Below are positions 30,607-39,405 of a stretch of DNA of 64,000 nucleotides, in pieces. Location of the stretch: the NCBI GenBank assembly GCA_963815115.1, contig CAWFFN010000007.1, positions 672,001 to 736,000 of the forward strand, in the 5' to 3' direction. Under the pieces are notes generated by a model. That model was not told where the DNA came from and ran no database searches. It worked only from the letters and a program-made list of their open reading frames with translations. The stretch comes from an uncultured delta proteobacterium. GTDB taxonomy: Bacteria > Desulfobacterota > Binatia > DP-6. A program made the translations under genes and the position numbers. The first letter of the stretch is position 1. Each line of letters opens with the position of its first letter.

Positions 30607-31491
30607 CTAGTCGTCGGGTGCCAAGTAGTACACCGGGCGCAAAGGGAGCAGGCGCCTCTGGGGTTCGGGAATCCGGTCGTAGTGCTCCGTCCAGAGATCG
30701 AACAGCCGTTTCAGATCCACGAGCATGATGCGCCTCTTCTCCTGCCGCCGAGCTTCGTCCTCGGCATCGCGCGTAAACCCACCCGTGGATACGAACAGGC
30801 CTACGTCTGAGTCCCCGAGGAGGGCCATGAAGCCACGGACGCCGTCCACCGCTATTCTGTCTGCCCTTCGCTTCACCTGTGCCTTGATCCGGGGACCTTT
30901 CACACCAAGCGGATCCATATGCGCCACAATGTCGATTCCTTTGTCAGGCCCTGGGGGCGAGACCCACTCCACGAAGTAGCCCATTCCGCGCAGCAGCCCG
31001 GCGACTAGTTCCTGAAAGTCGTAGGGACTCATCTTTTCGAGGAACGTCTCGATTTCCGACCATGCCGATTCCTCGGCCTCCTCGAGCGTCGTGGCTGCTT
31101 CGCCGGATTCCTCTTCCTCTTCGGCTTCCGGGTCCGTCGGCTGGTCGGCCTTCCACGCTCGGTACAGTCGGCCGGCCTCGCGATAGAAGGCCTCCGGGTC
31201 CTTGAACCTGCCGAAGGCCGCACGCCCATCATCGGTGAGCGACCATGCCCCCTTGTTCTTGATTAGCCACCCAGCCTTCACCGCCCCGATAGTGGAGAAC
31301 CGCACGATCTTTTCGTACCGCCGTACCGTTGGTCGATTCGGATAGGTGCTTGCCTCAAACTCCGAAGGTGGCACCAGTTCCTCAAGTCGCCTGAGCACCT
31401 CCTTGGCAGGAACGGCGTCGACTTGCTGCGAGAGGATCTGAAACACGCCGCGGACAAGTTCGCCAGAGCGCCTTCGTGTGATCTCCGCCAT
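30607..31491 (-). CDS. mrr: Mrr-family type IV restriction endonuclease (Mrr_N + Mrr_cat)
   Basis: N-terminal wHTH (KAGWL..GAWSLTDDG); MSPYDFQELVAGLLRGMGY..PDKGIDI..AQVKR..GLFVSTGGFT. Confidence 0.9.
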   Translation of the reverse strand: MAEITRRRSGELVRGVFQILSQQVDAVPAKEVLRRLEELVPPSEFEASTYPNRPTVRRYEKIVRFSTIGAVKAGWLIKNKGAWSLTDDGRAAFGRFKDPEAFYREAGRLYRAWKADQPTDPEAEEEEESGEAATTLEEAEESAWSEIETFLEKMSPYDFQELVAGLLRGMGYFVEWVSPPGPDKGIDIVAHMDPLGVKGPRIKAQVKRRADRIAVDGVRGFMALLGDSDVGLFVSTGGFTRDAEDEARRQEKRRIMLVDLKRLFDLWTEHYDRIPEPQRRLLPLRPVYYLAPDD

Positions 31492-31591
31492 TCTCAGGGT
31501 CCTGTTCTTGCCCGCCCCATTCCCGCCCCATGGCGGGCTGCGGTTGTGATGATCTTGTAGATGAACTGAGCAAACCTAAGGGCTTACGAAG

Positions 31592-31665
31592 TGGCGGCGG
31601 GCCGGATCGAACGGCCGACCTAGGGATTATGAGACCCTCGCTCTAGCCAACTGAGCTACGCCGCC
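31592..31665 (-). tRNA. tRNA-Met (CAT), probably elongator; CCA not encoded
   Basis: GGCGGCGTAGCTCAGTTGGCTAGAGCGAGGGT-CTCATAA-TCCCTAGGTCGGCCGTTCGATCCGGCCCGCCGCCA folds as a cloverleaf. Ile2 cannot be fully excluded. Confidence 0.93.
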
Positions 31666-31742
31666 GAGAGAGCGAAGCCGGGCACTTAGCAGTGGCGCCC
31701 TACCCCTGCAACCGCTCTGGGTGTCCATGGTGGTGTCCACGT

Positions 31743-31912
31743 TCAGCCCTTCGCCGCCTCCACTGCCTCGGTCATGGCGAGTGCTGCCACCTTGGCGGTG
31801 CCTGCGTGATGACGTACCTCCGGTGTGCGGAGTCGGTCTTGTGCCCGGAGATGACACGCGCCGTCGAATCCGGAACACCAGCTTCGGGAGATTGGTCAGC
31901 GAAGCCGATGGA
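31743..31912 (-). pseudogene. Frameshifted C-terminal relic of a tyrosine integrase
   Basis: SASLTNL/EAGVPDSTARVISGHKTDSAHRRYVIT matches the box II H and catalytic Y pattern; followed by a tggacacc direct repeat. Confidence 0.7.
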
Positions 31913-32129
31913 CGAGCGCGACCACCAGCCAACGCTCGCTCCGCGTAGAGCACGAGAGCATCCGCCGTCGTGAGCTTCTGTCGATCATTGAAATGGCTAG
32001 TTCCCACCCAAGACCGCATCCACGCAACGCCATTTGACGGGGAACCAAGCTCGGGGCATTGAGGCGCCGGGGACGAGGATCGTCGTGGGTGGTCTGCCGA
32101 CTTCGATGACCGATTCAAAGGAGGCGAGC

Positions 32130-32498
32130 ATGGGACTCGAAAGGATGCTGACGACGTTCGGACTGGTTGCGGCTCTGTTCAGCGCGGCTCTGCCCACCCG
32201 GTGCGTATGGGCCGAGATGGCGGGGCACGACATGGCCGACATGGTGAAGAACGCCAAGACGGCCGCGGATCACGAGGCACTTGCCGCCATGTACGACAAG
32301 GAGGCGGCGGACGCCAAGGCGCGCGCCGCAGATCACCGGCAAATGGCGGAGAGTTACAAGTCCAACACGGGCAGGGGGACGGGAGCCAGTTCCATGCCCC
32401 AGCACTGCGCGAGTCTCATCAAATCCTTCGAGCAGCAGGCCACCATGTACGAGAAGATGGCGGCAACCGAGCGCGCAGAAGCCAAGAGAGCAAAGTAG
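32130..32498 (+). CDS. Small secreted helical His/Met-rich protein
   Basis: AAGGAGG RBS, signal peptide, AKTAADHEALAAMY..ADHRQMA..QHC. Confidence 0.82.
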   Translation: MGLERMLTTFGLVAALFSAALPTRCVWAEMAGHDMADMVKNAKTAADHEALAAMYDKEAADAKARAADHRQMAESYKSNTGRGTGASSMPQHCASLIKSFEQQATMYEKMAATERAEAKRAK

Positions 32499-32557
32499 TC
32501 CGGTCGGTCTGGTCAGGCGGGTTGCCCCGGCAGACGGCAGGCGCTCCTCGCCCTTAC

Positions 32558-32665
32558 CTAGGGCGACCCGAGACTCCGTCTCGGGTCGAAAGCGGAGGGG
32601 AGCGTGTGGCGTTCGGCGAATCGAGCGGACGCCGTGCCGCGGCCGGCAAAGCCGGCGCGGCAAAC
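32558..32665 (+). repeat. Bipartite double-hairpin dispersed repeat, copy 1
   Basis: cgacccgagac-tcc-gtctcgggtcg, a ~45-nt spacer, then tgccgcggccggc-aaa-gccggcgcggcaaac. Confidence 0.8.
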
Positions 32666-32837
32666 CGCGGCATGCCCAAGGCTCCGTCCCACTCCGTCCT
32701 GCGCCGAGTTGGGTGCCGGCTGAACGGGAGCTCTCGCCGACGAAGAAGCGGCACTGGGAGGCGTCACGGCGACGAGCGGACTACCCACAGTCTGACTCTG
32801 CGCGGAAGCCGATCGCGCACCGAGTAGCGCGAGGAGT

Positions 32838-33245
32838 CTACTCCATGCCCCAGGAGAAGACGTTCGTCGGCGACACCTCCACGATGACGGATTCGCCCTC
32901 CTCCAGGGCAGCCTTGTCGGGATACTGGGGATATTTCGAGTAGAGGAGCTTCCGGAACTTCTTGAACCGTGAACCCTTCTCGATGAAGGCGGCCGTTCCC
33001 TGGATCATGACACCCTTCAGCTGCGTCCAATCGTCGGAGTACAGGTCGATGGTCACGGCGACCTTGGGAGTCGCGCGCAGGTTCCGTACCTTGCGGGCGT
33101 TCTTCTGCGACGCGAAGTACAGCTTCCCGTCGGTGAGCAGGTGACAGACGGGAACCGTGTGGGGAGTGCGTCGCGCGTCCACGGTCGCAACGCGACAGAC
33201 ACGCTGCCACTCGACTAGCTGGGCGACGGACTTCTTGAGGCGCAT
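32838..33245 (-). CDS. Pyridoxamine 5'-phosphate oxidase-like (PPOX class, possibly F420-dependent) protein
   Basis: CRVATVDA..PHTVPV..KVRNLRATPKVAVTID..GVMIQGTA. Confidence 0.88.
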   Translation of the reverse strand: MRLKKSVAQLVEWQRVCRVATVDARRTPHTVPVCHLLTDGKLYFASQKNARKVRNLRATPKVAVTIDLYSDDWTQLKGVMIQGTAAFIEKGSRFKKFRKLLYSKYPQYPDKAALEEGESVIVEVSPTNVFSWGME

Positions 33246-33420
33246 GCTGTTCCCTCCTCGGGCCGAGTCTACACGCGCGGCACCGTACGACTACCGGGAA
33301 TTCGTCTGCGCCGCTGACTCTGCGCCGCTGACCATGTCCGCGCACCGAGGCGAGAGACTCCCTCCGTATCTTGCACTGACGCAGCCCGCATGGTGAGTGG
33401 AAGCGGGAAAGGAGGCGTAC

Positions 33421-34386
33421 ATGTCATTGACGCCATCCGAATCGCTGCAGCATCTGCGCCTCGCGCTCGAGCTGTCCGGGGTCGACGCGGAGGTGGTTCT
33501 TCCCGAGGCGCGGCACGTCGTCGTCCACGACACGCGCTTGCACTACCTCGACCGGGGAACCCCGGGCCGGCCACCGATCCTCTTCCTGCACGGCGGTGCC
33601 CTCACGGCGCATACCTGGGATGTCGTGTGCCTCGGACTGCGCGGTGACTACCATTGCGTTGCCCTCGATCAGCGCGGCCACGGCGACAGCGAGTGGTCGC
33701 CGATCGTGGACTACTTTCCCGACGCGCACGCGCGAGACATCCACGGGGTGCTCGATGCGCTGGGATTCACCTCCGTCGTGCTCGTGGGTCAGTCCATGGG
33801 AGGCATGAACGCCTTCGTCTACACGACCCAGCATCCCGAGCGCGTCGCCGGCCTGGTTCTGGTCGACGTGGGACCGGAGGTTCGCCTGGCGGGCGCGAAG
33901 CGCATCGGCGAGTTCGTCGCCAGCACCGCGGAGATCGACTCGATCGATGCCTTCGTCGAGCAGGCGATGACGTTCAACCCGATGCGCGATCGCCGCCTGC
34001 TGGCCGCGAGCGTACGCAACAACGTGCGACAGCTGCCGAATGGCCGCTGGACGCGCAAGAACGACACCCGCTTCTTCGGCCAGATCGGCGCGGAGGAGAT
34101 CGCGCGGCGCATCGAGCCCCATTGGAAGAACACGGCCAGGGTCACCTGCCCGGTGCTGGTGGTCCGCGGGGCCTTGAGCGACGTCCTGCTCGACGACGCC
34201 GCGGAGCGCTTCGCGCGGTCGCTCCCGTGCGGGCGCTGGACGAGGATCGAAGGCGCCGGGCACACCGTGCAGGGCGACAACCCCGTCGGCTTGATCACCG
34301 CGCTGCGCGAGTTCCTCGACGCCGTGGATTCCGGCGGTACCGCGCCCGGATGGTCTGCTGCCGGCGGCCCGCGGTCCAGCGGGTAG
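33421..34386 (+). CDS. Alpha/beta hydrolase
   Basis: LFLHGG, DQRGHGDS, GQSMGG, GAGHTVQGDNP. Confidence 0.92.
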   Translation: MSLTPSESLQHLRLALELSGVDAEVVLPEARHVVVHDTRLHYLDRGTPGRPPILFLHGGALTAHTWDVVCLGLRGDYHCVALDQRGHGDSEWSPIVDYFPDAHARDIHGVLDALGFTSVVLVGQSMGGMNAFVYTTQHPERVAGLVLVDVGPEVRLAGAKRIGEFVASTAEIDSIDAFVEQAMTFNPMRDRRLLAASVRNNVRQLPNGRWTRKNDTRFFGQIGAEEIARRIEPHWKNTARVTCPVLVVRGALSDVLLDDAAERFARSLPCGRWTRIEGAGHTVQGDNPVGLITALREFLDAVDSGGTAPGWSAAGGPRSSG

Positions 34387-34482
34387 GTCTCCACGGGCGA
34401 GCGACCAGCGGTCATCCTGCAACCGGGGAGTTGCATTGCATTTCCCCCGGCGGTCCGCTTTCCATCGTACGCCGGAGCGAAG

Positions 34483-34638
34483 GAGATCGACCGCCGCCGC
34501 CTCGAGGATGCGCGCCGGTTCCTCGACGGCGTCTCGCAGCAGTGGGACCAGGCGCTCGCTCGCCTCAGAGCACTGGTGGAAGCGCCGTCGCCGGCCGTCT
34601 CGCGTGGACGAGCCGGCCCCGGCCGGCGGCGCCGATGA
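34483..34638 (+). pseudogene. C-terminal remnant of an ArsR-family regulator
   Basis: EIDRRRLEDARRFLDGVSQQWDQALARLRALVE; no in-frame start or HTH upstream. Confidence 0.55.
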
Positions 34639-34662
34639 CCTGCGCCGGAAGCCGACCCGCCC

Positions 34663-35373
34663 TCAGCGCGACCGCCCGGCCGGAAGGGCGCTGCGCCGCG
34701 CCTGACGCTCGCCCGCTGCCACCTGGTGGAGCACGCGATCGGGCAGCTCCAGAGCGGTCAGTGCGCCCCCGTAGACCAGACCGGTGTCGATGCCGATCTT
34801 GTACGGCAGATCGACCAGCACCTCCCGCCCGGGCGTGTGGCCGAAGACGATGGTCTCCGGCATGCCGTGGGGGCGCCTGAGGAACTCTTCGCGGATCCAG
34901 AACAGGTCCTCGTCGCTCTGCTGCTCCCAGGGAACATCCGGCCGGATGCCAGCGTGGACGAAGAGGTAACCGCCCCACCGGTAGGCGCGTTCGAGACCCT
35001 CGAGGAACGTGAGGTGCGCTTCGGGAATCGCGGCCTCCACCACCGCGGGCTCCGCGCGCGCGTCGACGCCGTAGCTCCGCACGGCGGCCGAGCCTCCGTT
35101 GGCCAGCCACGAATCGCCCCAGTTCCCCGCCCGTCCGAGGAACGACAGGCACATGTCCTCGTGGTTTCCTTTGAGGAACATCCAGTCGACATCGGTGCGC
35201 TTGCGCGCGTCGAGCAGCAGGTCGATGACGCCCTTCGAGTCCGGCCCGCGGTCGATGTAGTCGCCGACGAAGCAGACGGCGTCGCCGGCGGCCAGCGGGA
35301 GGCCGTCGAGGAGCGCGCCGAGCTCGGCGGGGTTGCCGTGCACGTCACCGATCGCGAACAGCCGCTTGCTCAT
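34663..35373 (-). CDS. Metallophosphoesterase (PPP/ApaH-like Ser/Thr phosphatase)
   Basis: GDVHG, GDYIDRG, GNHE, VHAG, FGHT, IDTG. Confidence 0.92.
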   Translation of the reverse strand: MSKRLFAIGDVHGNPAELGALLDGLPLAAGDAVCFVGDYIDRGPDSKGVIDLLLDARKRTDVDWMFLKGNHEDMCLSFLGRAGNWGDSWLANGGSAAVRSYGVDARAEPAVVEAAIPEAHLTFLEGLERAYRWGGYLFVHAGIRPDVPWEQQSDEDLFWIREEFLRRPHGMPETIVFGHTPGREVLVDLPYKIGIDTGLVYGGALTALELPDRVLHQVAAGERQARRSALPAGRSR

Positions 35374-36356
35374 GACGGACGATCGCGGATCAGCGCGGCC
35401 AGCGCCGCGTCGTCGCCCAGGATGCGGAGCGCCGCGCTGTAGGGATCGACCGACCCGCGACGCACCGACTCGACCAGGGCGCCGAGGCCGTTGGGATCGG
35501 CGATCAGGCCCGCCTCGAGCCGGCGGCGCATCTCCTCGTCGAGGATGTCGATGACCTCGCCGGCACGCCGTGCGGCGGCACGTCCCGCCCGATCGGGGTC
35601 GTCGTTCGCGAACGTCCGGTGGCGGGCGAGGGCGTCGACGACCGCCTCCACGCCGGCGCCACGGGTCGCTTCCGTGGCCAGCACGGGGATGGACCATGGC
35701 GACGGCGGGCGCAGATGCAGCATCTGCTCGAGCTCCGCGATCATGCGCAGGGCGCCGTCGCGATCGGCCTTGTTGACCACGAAGACGTCGGCGATCTCGA
35801 GCAGTCCCGCCTTCATCACCTGCACTGCGTCCCCGGCCTCGGGCACCAGGACGACGACGATCGAGTCGGCCACGCGCATGACGTCGAGCTCGGTCTGCCC
35901 CACCCCGACGGTCTCGACCAGCACGACGTCGCAGCCGAAGGCGTCGAGGAGACGGACCACGTCGCGCGCTGCACGCGGCAGGCCGCCATGGCTGCCGCGC
36001 GTGGCGAGGCTGCGGATGAACACGCCCGGGTCCAGGAAGTGCGCCTGCATCCGGATGCGGTCGCCGAGCACGGCCCCGCCCGAGAACGGGCTCGACGGGT
36101 CGACGGCGACCACCCCGACCCGGCGGCCCTCGGCACGGACGCGCGCGATCAGGGCGTCGACCAGCGTCGACTTCCCGGCGCCTGGCGGCCCGGTCACCCC
36201 GATCACGTGTGCCCGCCCGGTGTGGGCATAGAGCCGGCTCATCGCTTCCGGTAGCTCCGGCGCGCGGTTCTCGACCAGGGTCATGAGACGCGCCAGCGCC
36301 AGCCGGTCGCCGGCGAGAACACGGTCGACCAGGCTCTCTGCTGCTTCTCCGGTCAC
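35370..36356 (-). CDS. meaB: Methylmalonyl-CoA mutase-associated GTPase MeaB/ArgK
   Basis: GPPGAGKST, AVDPSSPFSGGAVLGDRIRM, ETVGVGQ, NKAD. Confidence 0.95.
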   Translation of the reverse strand: MTGEAAESLVDRVLAGDRLALARLMTLVENRAPELPEAMSRLYAHTGRAHVIGVTGPPGAGKSTLVDALIARVRAEGRRVGVVAVDPSSPFSGGAVLGDRIRMQAHFLDPGVFIRSLATRGSHGGLPRAARDVVRLLDAFGCDVVLVETVGVGQTELDVMRVADSIVVVLVPEAGDAVQVMKAGLLEIADVFVVNKADRDGALRMIAELEQMLHLRPPSPWSIPVLATEATRGAGVEAVVDALARHRTFANDDPDRAGRAAARRAGEVIDILDEEMRRRLEAGLIADPNGLGALVESVRRGSVDPYSAALRILGDDAALAALIRDRPS

Positions 36357-36444
36357 AGCTCAGCCGATAGAGAGCCTCCCCCTGTGCGTCAAGCCACGCA
36401 AGGCGTCGCTTGACGCCCCGGGAGGGACACGTCAGATCCGATCG

Positions 36445-36822
36445 ATGCCCTGGCGGGTGGAATCGTCGTTCCTGTACCAGGCGGCACGCAGCGGCTTCGT
36501 GGTCGCCGGCGTCCTGCTGTTCGCGGTCGGTGTCGGCGACATGCTGGCCGGCCGCTCGAAGATCCAGGAATACCGCAGCGTCGTCCGCGAGGTGCCGGCC
36601 CCCGAGCCGCACGATCCGACCGCGCTGTTCCCCAAAGCGAGCGAGGCGCAGGAGCGACACGCGCTTGCGGAGGCGAAGCTCGCCTTCTACCAGCTGCTCT
36701 TCCTCGTCGGGCAGCTCCTCGCGGCGGGTGGCGTGGTGCTGCTCGCGATCGGCGCGTTCCAGCTCAGGCAGCGTACCCTGCGCGTTCCATCCGCCGGCTC
36801 TCTCCCCGGCTCTTTCCATTGA
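36445..36822 (+). CDS. Hypothetical membrane protein (2 TM)
   Basis: Two hydrophobic segments; first gene of the kinase cluster. Confidence 0.65.
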   Translation: MPWRVESSFLYQAARSGFVVAGVLLFAVGVGDMLAGRSKIQEYRSVVREVPAPEPHDPTALFPKASEAQERHALAEAKLAFYQLLFLVGQLLAAGGVVLLAIGAFQLRQRTLRVPSAGSLPGSFH

Positions 36823-36868
36823 CTTCCACTCCTCGCGCGTCTACAAGCGAACAAATCTGCACGCCGGG

Positions 36869-38041
36869 ATGACGTTGTCGGACGTGCAGCGAGGATGGTG
36901 GCGGCGGTTGGGTGTGGCAGAGAGCGAGGCCACCGGCACGTGGCGTGCGGAGCGGCCGGGCGGCGCCGAGTCGACGACGGCCAGCGCGCTCCTCGAGCTG
37001 CTCGCCCGCGCGCTCGGGCTCGAGCGGGCTGCGCTGCTCCTCGAGCAGACCCGAGGCGGGCCCCAGGTTCCCGTCGCCATGTGGGGCGCGGTTCGCCCGA
37101 CGACCGTCGAGCCCGCCGACGACGCCTGGAGCATCGTCCTACCGATGGATGCGGGAGGACGCACCATCGGCCGCGCGCTGCTCGCCGCGCCTGGCGGCCG
37201 CCCGCTGACGGCGGCCGCGCGCGCCCTCGCCCGGCGGCTCGTCGACGGCGCGACGGCGTTGCTCGCGCACACCCAGCTCGAGCACGACCTGCTGCGCGCC
37301 CGCGAGCTGCTCGCTCGCGCCGATCGCCTCGCCGCTCTCGGTACGCTCGCGGCCGGCATCGCCCACGAGATCCGCAACCCGCTCGTGTCCGTCCGCACCT
37401 TCATCGAGCTTCTCCCCGAGCGCCTCCACGACGAGGAGTTTCGCACCGCCTTTCGCGATCTCACGCTGGCGGAGATCGAGCGCATCTGCGGCCTGCTGAA
37501 CGACCTGCTCGCCTTCACGCGCCCGGCGGCTGCCCAGCCCGAGCCGAGCGACCTGAACGCGCTCGTGCTCCAGACCGTGCGGCTGCTCGAGCCCGAGGGA
37601 CGCAAGTGCGGCGTCGCGGTGCGGACGCGCTGCACGGCCATGCCGCCGCTCGTGGCCGTCGACGAGGGCCGTCTCAAGCAGGTCCTGATGAACGTGATCC
37701 TGAATGCCATCCAGGCGTGCTCGGAACGCGGCACCGTCGACGTCAGCACCCACCGTACCCCGGGGACCGACGGGGCCTGGAGCATCGTGGAGGTCGCCGA
37801 CTCCGGGCCGGGCATCCCTCCGGAGGTGGCGCCGCACATCTTCGATCCTTTCGTCACCACCAAGGACACCGGGAGCGGTCTCGGCTTGCACGTCGCCCAT
37901 CGCATCACCAGCGACCACGGCGGAGCCATCCACGCCCGCCGCCGGCCAGGCGGCGGAACGATCTTCGCGATCCATCTCCCCACCGTCGCCCCCACCGTCG
38001 CGCCGAGTATCGCGAGGGAGCGCGATGTCGGCACCGGCTGA
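36869..38041 (+). CDS. Sensor histidine kinase (degenerate GAF, HisKA, HATPase_c)
   Basis: AHEIRNPL, QVLMNVILNA, DSGPGI, GSGLGL. Confidence 0.9.
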   Translation: MTLSDVQRGWWRRLGVAESEATGTWRAERPGGAESTTASALLELLARALGLERAALLLEQTRGGPQVPVAMWGAVRPTTVEPADDAWSIVLPMDAGGRTIGRALLAAPGGRPLTAAARALARRLVDGATALLAHTQLEHDLLRARELLARADRLAALGTLAAGIAHEIRNPLVSVRTFIELLPERLHDEEFRTAFRDLTLAEIERICGLLNDLLAFTRPAAAQPEPSDLNALVLQTVRLLEPEGRKCGVAVRTRCTAMPPLVAVDEGRLKQVLMNVILNAIQACSERGTVDVSTHRTPGTDGAWSIVEVADSGPGIPPEVAPHIFDPFVTTKDTGSGLGLHVAHRITSDHGGAIHARRRPGGGTIFAIHLPTVAPTVAPSIARERDVGTG

Positions 38042-39404
38042 ACCGCGCCGGCGCGGCGTCCTCCCCCCGCTCTCGCCGGAGGCGGCGCGCGCCGTCCTGG
38101 CCCGGCCACGCCTGCCCCCGGCTGCCGTGCAGGCAGCCGCCGTCGCACGCGAGGCGGCAGCGCTCGCCCTGCCGGTCCGTCTCGAGACCCCGACCGCCGC
38201 CGGGCGCACGCTCCTCGCTCGCGCGCTGCATGCGCTCGGCGGGCGCCCGGGGCCGCTCGTGGCGGCCGAGGGGCGTTGCCGCGCCCTGCACGACCTTCCG
38301 CCCGGCGCCTCCGTGCTCGTCGACCTGGAAACGGTCACGGTGCCGGCTGCGTCGATCCTCGAGGCGTTGCTCGACGACGGATCGGTCTGGCTGCTCGTCG
38401 GGACGGTTCCCGGGCACGCGGTGCCACCGGTGCTCGCCGCGCGCCTCGACGCCGTCGTCCTTCACGTCCCGCCCCTCGCTCAGCGCACCGGCGAGCTGCC
38501 GGCGATCGCGGCGCACGTCTCCGCCGCCCTCGGCGCGCGGCGGGGCAGCTCCCCTCCGCCGTTCTCGCACGATGCGCTCGCCTGGATCGCGGCGCAGCCG
38601 TGGCCCGGCGACCTTCCCGAGCTCGAGGCGGTCGTCGCGCGGGCGCTCCTGCGTGCCGGCGACGGGCCGATCACGGCCTCCCATCTGAGCGGCGAGGAGC
38701 CCGCCACCCGGGAACCCGCGGCGACCACCGGTGCCGGCGACCGCGCGCGCCTCGAGTACCTCGCCGCCGAGATGGCGCACGAGCTGAAGAACCCGCTCGT
38801 CACCATCAAGACCTTCGCCGACCATCTGCCCGCCCTGGTCGACGACGCCGAGCTGCGCGCGCGCTTCGGCGGGCTGGCCAACGAGTCGATCGCGCGCATG
38901 GACGAGCTGCTCGAGAACGTGCTCGCGTTCGCCCGCATGGGGGCGCCGCGGCCTGCGCCGGTGGAGATCGGCCCCCTCCTCGATGGTCTCGTGGCCGAGA
39001 TCGAGCCCGCGCTCGCGGGGCACGCCGTCAGGCTCGACTACGCTCGCGCGAACGGCGCCCGGTGCAGCACCGACGGCGATCAGCTCGCCTACGCGTTGCG
39101 CAACCTGCTGGTCGGGATGCTGCGCGAGCTGCCGCCCGGCGAGGTCCTGCGGGTCGACGGCAGCTCCGCCGGGGTGGTGCGCTTCGGCTTCACCGGTCGC
39201 AATGGAGCCGCGGTCCGCCTGCGTCGGCTGGTGGTGGCCGATGGCGCGCTCGATCCGCATGACCCGACGCTGCTCCCCCTGCCCTTCACCCTCGCGCGCA
39301 GCGTGCTCGAGCGCAACGGCGGCACGCTCGCCGTGCGGGCAGACGCGGACGGGACGACGACGCTCGAAGTGCACTTGCCAGGCGGTGGGACGAACGGAGG
39401 TTGA
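38025..39404 (+). CDS. Fusion of degenerate sigma-54 activator AAA+ domain, HisKA and degenerate HATPase domain
   Basis: LPVRLETPTAAGRTLLARALH, VPPLAQR, WPGDLPELE; AHELKNPL; N, G1 and G2 boxes lost. Confidence 0.8.
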   Translation: MSAPAEPRRRGVLPPLSPEAARAVLARPRLPPAAVQAAAVAREAAALALPVRLETPTAAGRTLLARALHALGGRPGPLVAAEGRCRALHDLPPGASVLVDLETVTVPAASILEALLDDGSVWLLVGTVPGHAVPPVLAARLDAVVLHVPPLAQRTGELPAIAAHVSAALGARRGSSPPPFSHDALAWIAAQPWPGDLPELEAVVARALLRAGDGPITASHLSGEEPATREPAATTGAGDRARLEYLAAEMAHELKNPLVTIKTFADHLPALVDDAELRARFGGLANESIARMDELLENVLAFARMGAPRPAPVEIGPLLDGLVAEIEPALAGHAVRLDYARANGARCSTDGDQLAYALRNLLVGMLRELPPGEVLRVDGSSAGVVRFGFTGRNGAAVRLRRLVVADGALDPHDPTLLPLPFTLARSVLERNGGTLAVRADADGTTTLEVHLPGGGTNGG

Positions 39405-39405
39405 C

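Larger units (their letters stand above)
17433..31636. mobile_element. ~14.2 kb genomic island integrated at the 3' end of tRNA-Met (no intact integrase)
   Basis: 45-bp direct repeat (17433-17477 = 31592-31636, one mismatch) matching the tRNA 3' half; cargo of TA, IS elements and nucleases. Confidence 0.85.

Noticed and set aside
31592-31665. Initiator tRNA-fMet
   Set aside because: It has a paired G1-C72 and lacks the C1:A72 mismatch typical of initiators.
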